In this document: one piece after another, positions 1 through 13,177 of the stretch
How positions within the stretch are numbered: the stretch's first letter is position 1
Layout of the letters: every line of letters starts with the position of its first letter
Assembly (NCBI RefSeq): GCF_018977255.1
Contig: NW_024704743.1
Span: 44,146,001 to 44,210,000, forward strand
DNA: 64,000 nucleotides
Direction: 5' to 3'
Source of the DNA: Callorhinchus milii
Taxonomy: Eukaryota
Translations under genes and position numbers: made by a program
The notes under the pieces: model-generated
Told to the model about the DNA's origin: nothing
What the model saw: only the letters and a program-made list of their open reading frames with translations
Databases searched by the model: none

Positions 1-2819
1 CTTTCCCCCAGCAAAGCAAAAGTACATCTTGTCCCAGTTCATTGCAGGTCTCTGTTGCCACAACAGAATGAAGGGCAGGGTGTAACAATAACAAGGGACT
101 TTATATTAGTTGTCTCAGAGTGTTTGCATCAATTATGAGCTGCTATAAATAAAACAAAATATTTGTATTGCATTGTTCAGCCTTTTTTCAAAAGAGAATG
201 TAAATTTAAAAGTAGAATTTTGTCCCCAAATTGTTCCACCCTCATTTCCATAATGTAAAACATTCTTTAGTGCTTCTTTGGAGGAAAATACTCCTACTTG
301 CTACATCACCAAATCCCCTTGAGTTTTTCAAAATTTTTCCCCTCAGGCCCTCCTCCCACTATGATAACGCCATGTCTATTGAGCTCCCTCATTTCCACCC
401 TCAACACCTTTGCTTCTGTCAAATCCCAAACTGCTTCCCTTTCCTGCAAGTCTCCCTGATACAATACTTGCCTTTTGTCCGAAGCCCCTGCATCTGGCAG
501 TGGACTCTGAGACCAAATTTGAGCCAGATGTGGCTGGACCACACCAGATCTTGTTGACATTCCTTCCACTCAATCAAAAACATAATACTTCTTCTACTTC
601 AGAATCATCCCAGCAATCAAAGATAACCCTAACTCCTTTTCTCCACCACCACCACTTCCACCAACCATCCTCTCACATTCCATCTGTCCTTACCTCCAAG
701 GTTAAATACGAGAAGGTCATGGACTTACTGGTGGCCAAAACTGACAAAATCTACTCAGTTGCCTTGACTTCCTCTGTACGCCTCCTACCCAGACTATCTG
801 GTCAAAGTCAAACCTTGCAAGAACATAGAAATCAGTTTACAATAAAAGACCAAGGTCTATATAGTCCGTCTTCTACCATCCTGATAGTCGCATGCTACAA
901 TATTGGAGATGTTAATAGCAATTAACTTTGTAGGGAATAGTCTACCATCAGACATTTATACATTATGGCTTGTACAAAAGCTTTGGTTGAGCTTGCTGGC
1001 CAATTGTAATATCACATACTGAATTGGAAAACATACCTCCATTTACAAATCTTGCAAAAGATTTTCCTCTGAAGCAACATGGTCCTCAAGGTCCATAGCG
1101 AGCACAAAGCACTTCCCATCAGTATAAGAGGTAACAAATGCCATTGCTGGGATACAGTGCCTTATTGTCCTACAAGCAATGCTCTGCAACATCTGCACTA
1201 GTTCCCTACATGAAACACGACTGCCAGCTAACCTTGTTACCTCTTGCTAATCGCTATTCCTCCTACTTTCTTTCTCATTCACTGATACTGTTTCGTACTG
1301 ATTAAGAGAACTTTTACGGTCTGCACTCTAAAATCACTTTATGCTTAAAAGGTTCCCAATCTGTTCATTTTTCTGCTGAATGTACATTTTTGTTCATTAC
1401 TACCCTTTTACTCGAAAAAAAATCCCAGTATCCTTGAAATTGAGCAAATAATTACCCCCAATTGCATTGTGTCTCAGCTTAATCTCTCTGCAAACAAATG
1501 TACATAAACTCCCACACACTTAACTTGTATTTACAGGACGTTTACATTCACAATCTTTCATAGCATGCATGATTGATTGGTTAGATCCCAAGAGAAAACT
1601 GGAAAGCATAAAAAGGGAGTTATAAGTGCTTCCTCAATTGTTGGATGGTATCTGTCAGTAATTCAAACACAACTTTTTTGGCCTCCCACATGCACAGACT
1701 GAGGTATATTCAAGTCATAAATGATACAATTGATTTTTTTTTCTGAATCAGGCCACTGGGATTAACCTTCATTCCATGAACTGGTTATATAACAATTATT
1801 AGCATTGAGTCAGGTGAATCAGTTCCATGTTGGCGTACTGAATCATGTTGTGCTATATCATACAGCGTTGCAGAATGTCGAATATAGAGCACAGACTAGT
1901 TGGGGTGAATGACTTGTTTCTATACTTTAAATTCTATGTAATTCTATTCATGTGCACTTTTTACTCCTCTGTCAACACAGCATATTCTAATAACATTGTG
2001 ACCTGCCACATCTAACAGGTTAATTACACAGACATGATCAAAAATCACAGTTAAGCACCACATAAAGCAGGAAATGAAGTACTGATCCACCTAAATGTTA
2101 ACATGCAGTAATTATGCTACTGAATCTCAAAAGTGTTGGACATCAGATTCTTGAGAATTTGACCTGATTCTGAAATTCTCATAGCCGGGAGACTTATTAA
2201 GGTAAACTACGCAGCTATCTTGTACACTCAGAAGTTCCACAACAGTCAGGATATAGAAGACCAATTTTATCTGGAGGATTGTTGACTAGGACTGAGAGAA
2301 ACTGGCTTCTTTTTTGAATCATGCTATGGGACCTTTAATGTCCAATTGAACAGACAAGCAGGACCTTGGATGAATGATTCATCCAAAGTACAAGATCTCG
2401 GACAATGCAGCATCCCCCAATACTGGATTGGAGTATTGCAAAAATAATTTTCTCAACCCACAGAGCAGGACAAAGCCTCAGACAAAGCTGCTTGGCAGTT
2501 GAATGAAATCTCCATAAATAAGAGGGCCTGTTGTGAAATCAGAAAATGATGTGAAGAATAACACTAAGGAGAGGACTACTTGCAGTTGGCATAATGAGCA
2601 GGGCAGCAGCAATGGCTAAGATAATTATTTGTGGCAATGGAATGGGTACAGTTCTTGGCCTTACAATGTTAGGAAAGGCTTTCAGAAGTTGATTCGGGGT
2701 GGAGGGAGGGTGGGGGACTGGGGAGTCGTAGTGGACTGCGAGACCAAATTTGAGCCAGATGTGCTATTATGCAGGGGCTTCGGACAAAAGGCAATTGTTG
2801 CATCAGGGAGACCCCGAAG

Positions 2820-3450
2820 GCAGGGTCAAAGAGGTTCAGTTTGTAAAACAGATTTTTAAAGAAGAGGGATTTAGGGAGAATGTTCCTGTGAGCAGGAGCA
2901 AAGTGTGTGAAAGGATGCCCACTGATGGTGGGGCAGTTTTCAGGGGCATGAAGCAGGTGTGAGATGGTGGAGTGAAGCAAGATAATGGGCAGGAGCATAG
3001 AGCAGCAGAATATCGCTGGAGAGAAAGAGTATGCAAGGCCATGGAGCCATTTGAGATAAGAAAGAGGATCTTAAATTTGATCCAAAAAACAAATAGGGAG
3101 CCAGTGGAGCATGGTGAGGATGGGGGAGATGGGCTCATGAACTAAATGCAAGAGAGAATAAGGTGACGTTCTGGATGATCTAAACCTTGCTTCCTCACAT
3201 TCAATTCCCAACCAAGACTGCTTTTCCTCATCTTTACCACATTTCCCATCTTCATCCCTATCTCACACAAAATGCTGCTGAAACTCTCATTCATGCCTTT
3301 GCTAAACCCTGACTCAATGTCTCTAACACTGTTGTCACCAGTCTCCCTAGTTCCACCATTCAAAACTCGCCGCCTGCATCATTACCACACTAAACTCCCC
3401 GTAACCAAAGCCTAGTCCTCGCCAGGTTCTACTGGCCCGCAAATCAAACG
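2820..3450. mobile_element. Two very old L2 fragments (about 2820-3140 minus, 3170-3450 plus)
   Basis: FVFWIKFKILFL...ALH, and gctgctgaaactctcattcatgcctttg (AETLIHAF). Confidence 0.6.
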
Positions 3451-5789
3451 TTTTCACCAGCTCCATAATTATAGAGGTTGTTCCTGAGTTTCAGTCTGGG
3501 TTATTCTCACAGTAGATAATGGGGAAAATGCTCAGATTTTTTAGGGTTAGCAATGTTTATCTGAGGAGCGTGGAGCTTTAATGGCTGGCATTGGTTCAGG
3601 AAACAACAGATCTACTTTGAACTTGAGAATTCCAGGACAAAGTAAGTGAAAATTGCTGGATAAGTGGAGACAGTCTAAGACACAGAAAGACATAAAATGA
3701 GGGATATTTATTCACCAATTACAAAAACAATTTTCCGAGCGGTTGATCCACATGGATAAGAAATAAGTAGTTGCTTTTAATAATACTGCACAGAATTCTA
3801 GTAAAAAGTATATTAGGATTGATGGAACAGCTCCCTTAAGAAGGATGTTATCCAAGAACAAGTCTAATGCTCCATCAAATGTTAATGGCTCTATTCCCAT
3901 GCCATTTCAGCACCTCCAGCTGCTTCACAGTAATGAAGAAAAGTTATTTTTCAATTAAAAAGAAACAGCTTTTGAAAGCTGCAGATGTCAATAACTGTGG
4001 TAACGTGCAAACTATTTGATTTTAAATGAATACAATACGTATCATAAAGAGAATAGAATCACATAACACTGCACAACCGAAATAGGCTATTTAGCCCATC
4101 AAATCTGTGCTGCTATCATTCTCCACATGAACCACCTGATCTAATTCTGTGCTCTTGCAAGGTCCCCATAATGTCACGCATTAAGGGAAAAATAATGGGG
4201 CTCAAAATCTGTTCATGTACAAATTTACTTTCATCAAATCATAACAGTTTTAATTAAAGCTACATCGAATTCTCCTACCTGCTTAGTTCGAGCAAACTGG
4301 CCTTCTATACAAAGGGTGAAAATTTTCCTCAGTGTTGTGACATTGGCGTTGTGGGCTGACAGTAATGGAATACACTGTTAGTGCACATTGACCGTGTCTT
4401 ACACAAAGCAGCATTTTATTTACTTGAGAAGCTTCGCACATTAGCACAAATGCCTAGAAAATTCTATTCAATGGAGTTTTGTTTCCTGGAGCAAAAGTTC
4501 AAATATAGCGAAGTGTTTAGTTCAGCTCAGTTGGTAATACTCTCACCAATAAGTCAGAGGATTGTGCTTTTCAGTGACCCCCTCCCCTTCCCTGAGTTTG
4601 AGGTCATAATAGTTCACTGAGCAAAGGAAGTGTTGTATTTTTACATTAAAAAAGTCAAACCAAGGTCCAGCTTCTTCGTTCAAGTTGGTGTTATAATTCC
4701 CAAGACTTTTTTGAGAGGACAAGCAGTTCTGCTGATATTCTGCCTAAAATGTCTCCCAAATAAAAATTTATCAACATTTGGAAAGCATGACCATAATTAT
4801 TTTCAGATGGCTTACAGATGTGCACTGAACTACATCATGCATGGAATGTGGTAAATAGTGTATTTTTGAGGTAATCATCACAGATCAACATACATTAACA
4901 TGTAGTGCAACATACATTAACATGTAGTGCAAGCTAGGTTCAAAGACCCCCGAGAGGCTACTGCAGCAAGTATCTCTGAGATATTAGGCACATGCGATAT
5001 TCAGTGCACAATATTCTATAATTTTTGTTCCCTTTTTGCAAGTCCTCTTTTACAGCTTTGTCTTTGTTACTTTCTTATATTTATGTTCCTTTTCAACCAA
5101 AAGAATGGGACATTTATCTAGTGTACCTGAACATTAATGTAATTCTGTGTTGCTGGTTAAAAGTGTGCTTTTTGGGCAGTCAGCAGATTTTTGAAAACTC
5201 CTAAACAGAGTTTCACTGTTGGGTTAGTTGAATGTCAGTAGAAATCTCCCCTGTGGCTCAGCTAGAAGTCCAGTTCCTGAGTCAGATGGGTCTGCAGAAC
5301 TCCAAGGCACTGCTGTTGACAGACCAGTCAGGCCTGGCTCATCGGCAGGACTTGAAGAGGCAGTCTAGTCAATGGGACAGAGAATCTCCCCACCCATGCT
5401 CTCACTGACAAGCTGTGTGTCTTTTGCTGGTTAAACTCCAGCAGTAACCCAGTGCATCCACTGGGGTCCCCAAACCTTGGCTCTTGGCCAACCTGCACCT
5501 ATTATTCTTCAGAATTGGGTAAGCAAGGTGTGTCTCTCCAGGAAGAGCATGTGCATCCCATTCCAGACACAGGGTAACCACCATGAATAGGTGGCATACT
5601 TATGTGAAACTCTCAGTCTGGTTGGGATATTCTTAAGCATTGTAATCAGTTTCTACATGTGTCAGACACCCAGCTGACTAATAAACTGGATCAGCTGGTA
5701 AAACCACTTTGATGTATAAAACAAAATAAGTCTTAGGTTTGATCCCTGTTCTATGTTGTGTTAGGTAACCTTAGCAATTGGGAGGGGAA

Positions 5790-6690
5790 ACAACAACAAC
5801 AACAACAACAAGATTCCATTTATAAAGCGCCTTTCACGTCAGGAGGACGTCCCAAGGCGCTGCACAGTTGGGTCATGACCCGAGCAGGGCGGAAATGGTC
5901 AGGGTGAGGGAAGGGAGGGAGCAAGGAGGGGGGAAATGGTCAGGGTGAGGGGAGGGAAGGGAGGGAGCGAGGAGGGGGGAAATGGTCAGGGTGAGGGGAG
6001 GGGAGGGAGCAAGGAGGGGGAAATGGTCAGGGTGAGGGGAGGGAAGGGAGGGAGCGAGGAGGGGGAAGAGAGTCGAGAGGGGAGCTGAAGGCACGGTCAA
6101 AGAGAAAGGTTTTGAGACCGGCCTTGAAGGAGGAAAGGGAGGAGGCGGCGAAGGCACTGGGGGATGGAGTTCCAGAGCCTGGGGGCTGAGAGGCTGAAGG
6201 CCCGACCACCGATGGTAGGGCGGTTGGGGCGGGGGACGTGGAGCAGACCAGAGCCAGAGGAACGGAGGGTACGGGCAGGTAGGTAGAGGGATAGTAGGTT
6301 GGAGAGGTAGGAGGGAGCAAGGCCGTGAATGGCCTTGCAGGTGAGGATGAGGATCTTGAAATCGATCCTCTGGGGGATGGGGAGCCAGTGGAGGCGAGCG
6401 AGGGTGGGAGTGATGTGGTCCCGAAGCCTGGTGCGGGACAGTACACGAGCTGCAGAGTTCTGAATGACCTGCAGCTTGTGGAGGGAGGTGGCGGGAAGGC
6501 CGGCGAGGAGAGAGTTCCCATAGTCCAGCCTTGAGGTGACAAAGGCGTGGACCAGAGTTTCAGCAGCGTGAGGGGTGAGGTAATGCCGTAGTCTGGCGAT
6601 GTTCCGAAGGTGATGGAAGGTGGTGCCAGTTGTAGTGCGGATGTGAGGGAGAAAGGACAGCTCAGGGTCGAACAAAACGCCGAGGTTCCT
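5790..6690 (-). mobile_element. Young L2 LINE, 5'-truncated
   Basis: ORF 6097-6675 is an unbroken L2 ORF2 C-terminus (TLVHAFVTSRLDYGNSLL...LHWLPIPQRIDFKIL...AFSLSAPRLWNSIP). 3' stem-loop and (TTG)n tail. The 3' UTR has about four tandem copies of a ~43-bp unit (5890-6065). Confidence 0.95.
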
Positions 6691-7514
6691 GAAACACGCT
6701 TAAGAGGGTCGTACAATTGATTAGAAAGAAGAAATTCAGCCAGAGTTCCTGCTCAGCTATCCAGATATTCCTGCTAAAAGGTGAGCCTGTGTGAAGGTAT
6801 CACAAACCAGCCCAAGACAGAATTGGGCTTGGTTGTGATACCTTCTTCCCTTGTGGTTGAATAGCTTGCTCACATTCAATTTCAAGCATGTAATAGCCCT
6901 GGGATAGAATATTAGGGGGTGACTTTAGCCCATCTAATTTCATCCCAGTAGAAGGAAAACAATTCATGCCTTCAAGATAGGAACCAAGGAAATAAAACTG
7001 GTTGCAAAATGCTGCAGATGCTGGAAATCTGGAAACAAAAACAGAAGTCGTTGGAACACTCAGCAGGTCAGGCAGCATCTATGGAGAAAGGAAATCCATT
7101 ACAAATCACTGCTTTTTCAATCTCATTATTGCAAATATACTAATAATCCTCGCATTTGATATAGGGCCTTATCACGTCTTCTGGACATCACAAAGCGTTT
7201 CACAGAATATACTGTAAAGTGAATTGACTGTATATTTTGTGAGCGAAACATGGTAGCCAATTGCGCATAGCAGTGTCCCACAAACACAGACACAAGTTGA
7301 TTGAGTGAACAAATTATGACTATAGTGATTATATGTCTGAGACCCAGAGGATGTGTGAACTAAGAAGGGGAGGGGAGGCAAGGCTGAGAGAAGATGGGAG
7401 CAGTGTTTAAGTTCTGAAGTGGTTAAAATCAATGTTGGAGCCACAGGGCTGTAAGGTGCCTAGGAGATAGATGGTGCTGTTCTTCGAGTTTGTGTTGTGC
7501 TTCGTTGCTCCTAG

Positions 7515-8416
7515 ACGAGAGATAACTTTCTTCAGCTTGACGTGCGCAAAACTGAGGCCCTCCTGATTGGCTCACGTCAGCGCCTCCGTACCTCAGGCGC
7601 TGACAGCATCAGCATCCAAGGCTGCACTCTCCACCTCTCAAAGCCGGTCAGGAACCTCGGCGTTTTGTTCGACCCTGAGCTGTCCTTTCTTCCTCATATC
7701 CGCACCACAACTGGCACCGCCTTCCATCACCTCCGGAACATCGCCAGACTATGGCACTACCTCACCCCTCACGCGGCTGAAACCCTGGTCCACGCCTTTG
7801 TCACCTCAAGGCTGGACTATGGGAACTCTCTCCTCGCCGGCCTTCCCGCCACCTCCCTCCACAAGCTGCAGGTCATTCAGAACTCTGCAGCTCGTGTACT
7901 GTCCCGCACCAGGCTTCGGGACCACATCACTCCCACCCTCGCTCGCCTCCACTGGCTCCCCATCCCCAGAGGATTGATTTCAAGATCCTCACCCTCACCT
8001 ACAAGGCCATTCACGGCCTTGCTCCCTCCTACCTCTCCGACCTACTATCCCCCTACCTACCTGCCTGTACCCTCCGTTCCTCTGGCTCCGGTCTGCTCCA
8101 CATCCCCCGCCCCAACCGCCCTACCATCGGTGGCCGGGCCTTCAGCCTCTCAGCCCCTAGGCTCTGGAACTCCATCACCCAGTGCCTTCGCCGCCTCCTC
8201 CCTTTCCTCCTTCAAGACCGGTCTCAAGACCTTCCTCTTCGACCGTGCCTTCAGCTCCCCTCTCGACTCTCTACCCCCTCCTCGCTCCCTCCCTTCCCTC
8301 CCCTCACCCTGACCATATCCCCCCTGCTCGGGTCCTGACCCAATTGTCCAGCACCTTGGGACATCCTCCAGACGTGAAAGGCGCTCTATAAATGAAATCT
8401 TGTTGTTGTTGTTGTT
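7515..8416 (+). mobile_element. Young L2 LINE, 5'-truncated, inserted into the Penelope element
   Basis: ORF 7542 (KTEALLIG...VRNLGVLFDPELSF...SRLDYGNSLL) and a (TTG)n tail. Nearly identical to 5790-6690. Confidence 0.95.
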
Positions 8417-8827
8417 GGAACAGCATTGGAGGCTTCCAGTCACTTGCCACTTTCATTCTTCTTCACACTCCCACTCAGACCAGACAGAGACCGGAAGCTC
8501 AGGGTTGCACTTGCGGAAGTGTTCGGCAAAGCAATCACCCATTCTATGTTTGGTCTCCCCGATGTAGAGGAGACAACATTGTGAACAATGAACACAGATC
8601 CCATCTTCTCTTAGCCTTGCCTCCCCCCTCTCCTTCTTTAGTCACACATCCTCTGGGTCTCAGATACATCTTTTCTTTCTATAATCTCCCACTATTACCT
8701 TCTTTTGTCTTGCACCATCAACACCCCTGATCTCAGCATCTGCTGTACTCTAATTTTTTCCATTGTCTTTCTTTCCCTGCCCCTTTCGCTGTTTGTTCTT
8801 AAAAACTGTTCCCTTCCAACATCCCCC

Positions 8828-8864
8828 AGGTCTGATGAAAGCTCATAGACCTGAAATGTCAACT
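8828..8864 (+). ncRNA. Degenerate minimal hammerhead ribozyme motif in the inverted PLE pseudo-LTR
   Basis: AGGT CTGATGA A AGCTC-ATA-GACCT GAAA TG T C AACT. The core is intact; the palindrome has decayed from ACGT to ATGT. Confidence 0.65.
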
Positions 8865-10196
8865 CACTTTCCTCTCTCCATCGATGCTGCCTGACCTGCT
8901 GAATGTTCCCAGTGACTTCTGTTTTTATTTCATGTTGGTGTTTGCTCCTCTAAGAAGCCGTCCACCCTACTTCCAATTCTCTGCTCTTTCCTCGTTCCTC
9001 TAATACTTTTACTATGATAATGTGCTTGTCAATTCTCTTTTAAAATGACAGGTCACCCTCGTCAAATCATCCCATACCCTTACTACCCTCTGGGAATAAA
9101 TTTTTCCAAAATGTTACTGCCTGAGTTACAATCCTGAATTCATTCTCTTTGTCTGTGAATCCCCAACCAGCAGATAGTGATTTTCACATTTAATTTTCTT
9201 TCATTACATTTTTAATGATCTTTTTCGTGGGTTATATGATTCTGATTTGTTAGAAAATGTGTGTGTGTGTGTGAGGAACAAAATGAGAATTATTGGAATG
9301 TGAAAGATTGCTAAACAAATTAGCATTCAAAGTACTATTTAAAGTACTATGCTAAAAAAACACAGTAACATTGATTATATTATCTGAAGGATCACATTAC
9401 CACCTAGACAAATATACTATAAATAAATATGCATGAAAAGGATGTGCCAGAATAGGAAGCTAAATTGGAAAGTCACATTGTAAGGAAATAGTCTGTTTAC
9501 AATGTGAATTTCTAATTTAGCCAGGACACCTGGCAGAATTACTAGGAATGTACACTATACAATTTTCTAAATTATAAATAATAATAATAACAAATAGTGC
9601 TCACAGTTGATATAGCATCATAACAGTAAAAGTATCAAAGCACTTTTCAGGTAATTGCTGATATATGTAGTGACAGTATTATGTTTACAGTGTTCTTGTA
9701 GGTTAATAAAGCAGCCAATTTGCACACAGCAAAGTCCGATAAATAGCAATGAAATGAATGCCTAATCCAACAATATCACAGTATTATGCAAATGAATTAC
9801 CCTCAAAGCTATTATCAAAGTTGAGTGTGCTCATTTTTCCTTTTCATCTATAAAAAAAACTATAGATTTGTTTTGTGACGGTTTGATATTTATAACAATT
9901 AGCTTGCATATTTGTGACCAGATTGATTGCCAAATTTAGACTGTTTAATTTCTAGTCCTGAGGATAATGCGCTTTGTAAACCAGCAAGCTATGTGGTTTT
10001 CATTGTACCTTCCTCTTCGACTGTGCTTATGGTCACCTCCTCCCAGCTCGGCATCAGGCTCTGCCACTGTTAAGCATTCTGAGATGCTACCCAGTGTGAA
10101 GGACACTATATAAATGCAAGTTGTTGTACCTTAGTACATTGTCGAACCATTTTAAAATGCTTCACTAGATTTACTGTAGGTGTAGTGACTGCAGTG

Positions 10197-11081
10197 TGTT
10201 AGAATTTACACTTTTTGTATAATGTTAGAATCATAATAGATGTTGCGAACAGGTTAACTTTTAAGTTAAGTGTGGGGGGCAACTGGACTGACAGTCATGA
10301 TTAACACTCAAGAGCAACAAAAGGCAACCCTCAAGAATAGCAGCTAATGAGCAAGTTGCTTAAACTGGAGGACCTTGGTACCATCCCGGGATACTGATAA
10401 GAAATAACCAGTCACTTAAAAGGAATGTACTAATGATCCCACCTTACAAAATAACAAGCATCAGATAACAGGGGTCTTAAGGACAATATGTTTGTGTGCT
10501 GAGGCACGTACACCCCATGAGGTGTTCACGTGAACCCAGCATGATTTCGACCACGTGATCTAATGTCCGCACCATGATTGGACGAACATCGGTATAAGAG
10601 TTCCCATAACTTTTGTATGTGGCCGTCCCGGGACGCGGAGACAAGGATACGGGAGATGGGGACGTCCCGGGACGCGGAGACAAGGATACGGGAGATGGGG
10701 CCATCCCAGGTCGCGGAGAAAAGGATATGGGAGATGGGGCCGTCCCGGGCTGCGGAGACAAGGGTACGGAGATGGAAGACTGAGAGCTAGAAACACTAAG
10801 ACTGAGGATATCAGATGGAAGATTGAAAGCTGTAAGCAAGAAGACTGAAAGCATGAAGAATCAAGCTTGTGTGCTGGAAAGACAAAGTGTTGAACTCGAG
10901 ATATCTACGGTGGTATTGTTCTGTTATAAGATCTGTTGAGTGTACCGGCCTTTGGTCTGACCCATCGTGACCCATCGGGATATTGGGCAATAACGAACGA
11001 ATAATAATAAAACAGTCTGATATCTGGTTAAAGAAATTAGCATTATTTCCTTACAGATTTGGCTGATTTTATTTTCTAACA
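10197..11081 (+). mobile_element. Solo LTR (ERV- or Gypsy-like), copy 1
   Basis: Starts TGTTAGAA and ends TTCTAACA. 4-bp TSD AGTG at 10193-10196 and 11082-11085. Internal CACGTG x2, ATTGG, TATAAG (10593) and AATAAA (11006). Four copies of a 39-bp repeat. Homologous to 48110-49235 in reverse orientation. Confidence 0.9.
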
Positions 11082-12600
11082 AGTGCCTTTAATTTGCTTC
11101 ATGCCCGATTCTGTTCAGGTTCCTGGATGAAATGAGCACCTCACAGCAAAGGAATGTCATGACATGCCACATCTGAAATATGATGGTGTTAGACTCTGCA
11201 CACTTAGCTTATGTGTAACGGAAAGTAACAGGGAACCTGCATTCAAAAAAATAAATGTTTCAGTACTGAGAGAGGAATACCCCATTGGCTTGGTCGCTGA
11301 CAAAAACTGAATTAGGCCATTACTGAAACACAGTGATGGGCTGGTCACTGTACGCATCTTTAGTTATATATCTGGTGTGTCTTTCCAGACATTTTGGTGC
11401 ATATCTGATCCTCTTTAATAAACTACACAGGGTGATTGATATAAAATGGGATTCCTCATCAGATTATCTCAAACACTTAACTTACTAGACACAATAATGA
11501 ATGGTTACTCCCATCTATTTTGAGTCAGGCACTCCACATTTTACAATCATTGCTTGCTGTCAGCTTGTTTTTATCAGAACAAATAAACTGCTGCTATAGA
11601 ATAGACCAGAGTTGGCCAGAAAGCCAAGAGGTTTTCTCTATGATAAGCATAAGAATGATTGGTACAGCATGGGGTCAGATAACAGGGAAAGGAAGTTGAT
11701 GGTTAAAACTTGTACTCCAGCACAGTAATGTCAATAGATTGTAGCAGTAAACTAATTAAGAGAATGGGAAGACTGTTGTATTTATTACCACAGCAATCTA
11801 GTTGTAATCTTATTGTGAATTCATTGTTTCTGCTTGGTGCAACATCAATGCAATTCAGAACAAGCTGGAGTCTGGACAGGATGCTCAGTACAGCATAGGT
11901 TTTACTGGATCTTATAATCCATTTAACAAAGTAATCTAAAAATCAAATTTAAAACATATTTTGTTTCTCCCTATGTATGGTATATTAAGCATTTACAGAT
12001 GCAGTTATTCCACCCCATAAAATATATCAAACCAACAATGTACATTCCAATTCTTGGCATTTCAAGAAACAGAAATGTCAAATGTCAGAATCTATAAAAG
12101 ATTACCCTTAGTATAATATGCTCCTTGAGGAAGAACATTTTTATTCTGTTGAATTGGTGAAGATACTTTGCAGAATTAATCAGTTAAAGATCATACTAAT
12201 GACTTGTGAATGTGGGACAACAAGACAACAAAGCTAATAAAACTTAAAAGGAAAGACAGCTGGACAACAACTTACATTTGCTTGATGTTGTCTTTGCCAA
12301 TTTATTTACAAATTACTATTATTTTTCAATCTGCAACTTCGCCGTTCGTTTGATTCATGTGATTGTTTGGTAGTTCCAATTTGAATTAGCCAAATTATGT
12401 TCACAGAAAGTGTGCATTACTCTCAGAAAAATAAACATATTTTTCTTATTTTATGTCATAAGATTAATACTGTTCAGTTACTTAGCACTGTGTTTTACAA
12501 ACCAGTTTCATTTTGTTTAAGAAAATAATATAATATAATAATCCTTGCATTTGATATAGCGCTTTTCACGTCTTCTCGACATCTCAAAGCACTTCACAGA

Positions 12601-12922
12601 ATAATAATAATAATAATAATAATCCTTGCATTTGATATAGCGCTTTTCACGTCGGGAGGACGTCCCACAGCGCTTCACAGAACACACTGTAAAGTGAATT
12701 GACCATATATTTGTGGGCGAAATGTGGCAGCCAGTTGCGTACAGCAGTGTCCCACAAACAGTCGTGGATTGAAAATGACCAATTTATTATTGTTTTTTTT
12801 NGAGGGATTATTATTAGGTGTGTGGAGTAAGGAAACTTGCCCAAGGTTTCGTCCTGCCTGGAATTGAACCCAGGTGTCTCGCTTGCAAGGCGAGTGCTCT
12901 AACCACTGAGCAACAGGACTCC
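12601..12922 (-). mobile_element. Full-length SINE, same family, abutting an older SINE tail (12525-12600)
   Basis: Head GGAGTCCTGTTGCTCAGTGGTTAGAGCACTCGCCTTGCAAGCGAG on the minus strand; (ATT)n tail. Confidence 0.93.
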
Positions 12923-13177
12923 AAGATGGGGGAGGGATTCTTGATTCATGGCTCCTGTTAAAATAATAATAATAAAAAATAATCCTTTCAGTTGACATGG
13001 TTTCATACCAGAAGGTTCTCACAGGATTTGCTACAGAGTGTAGTGATTGTGTATTTTGTAGACAAATGGAGTAGCCAAGAAGGGAAAAGTGTCCCTACAA
13101 GGAGGGTAGGGTGGTCCTAGCTGGACAGGCAGTGAGAAGCTTGCCAGTGCTCACAAATAACAAGTTATTGGTTTAAC

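Larger units (their letters stand above)
7004..8932 (-). mobile_element. Second Penelope-like element, with an inverted terminal segment (8598-8932), interrupted by a SINE tail and a young L2
   Basis: 7004-7092, 7335-7508 and 8417-8597 are colinear with parts of 24925-25590. 8598-8932 is the reverse complement of about 24945-25290. Confidence 0.85.

Noticed and set aside
4886..4932. Exact 22-bp tandem duplication (CAACATACATTAACATGTAGTG x2)
   Set aside because: Real, but an ordinary slippage duplication with no further structure.
11100..11560. Stop-poor, protein-looking frames next to LTR copy 1
   Set aside because: No recognisable gag/pol/env or host motif. The LTR's TSD shows it is solo, so this is not internal proviral sequence.
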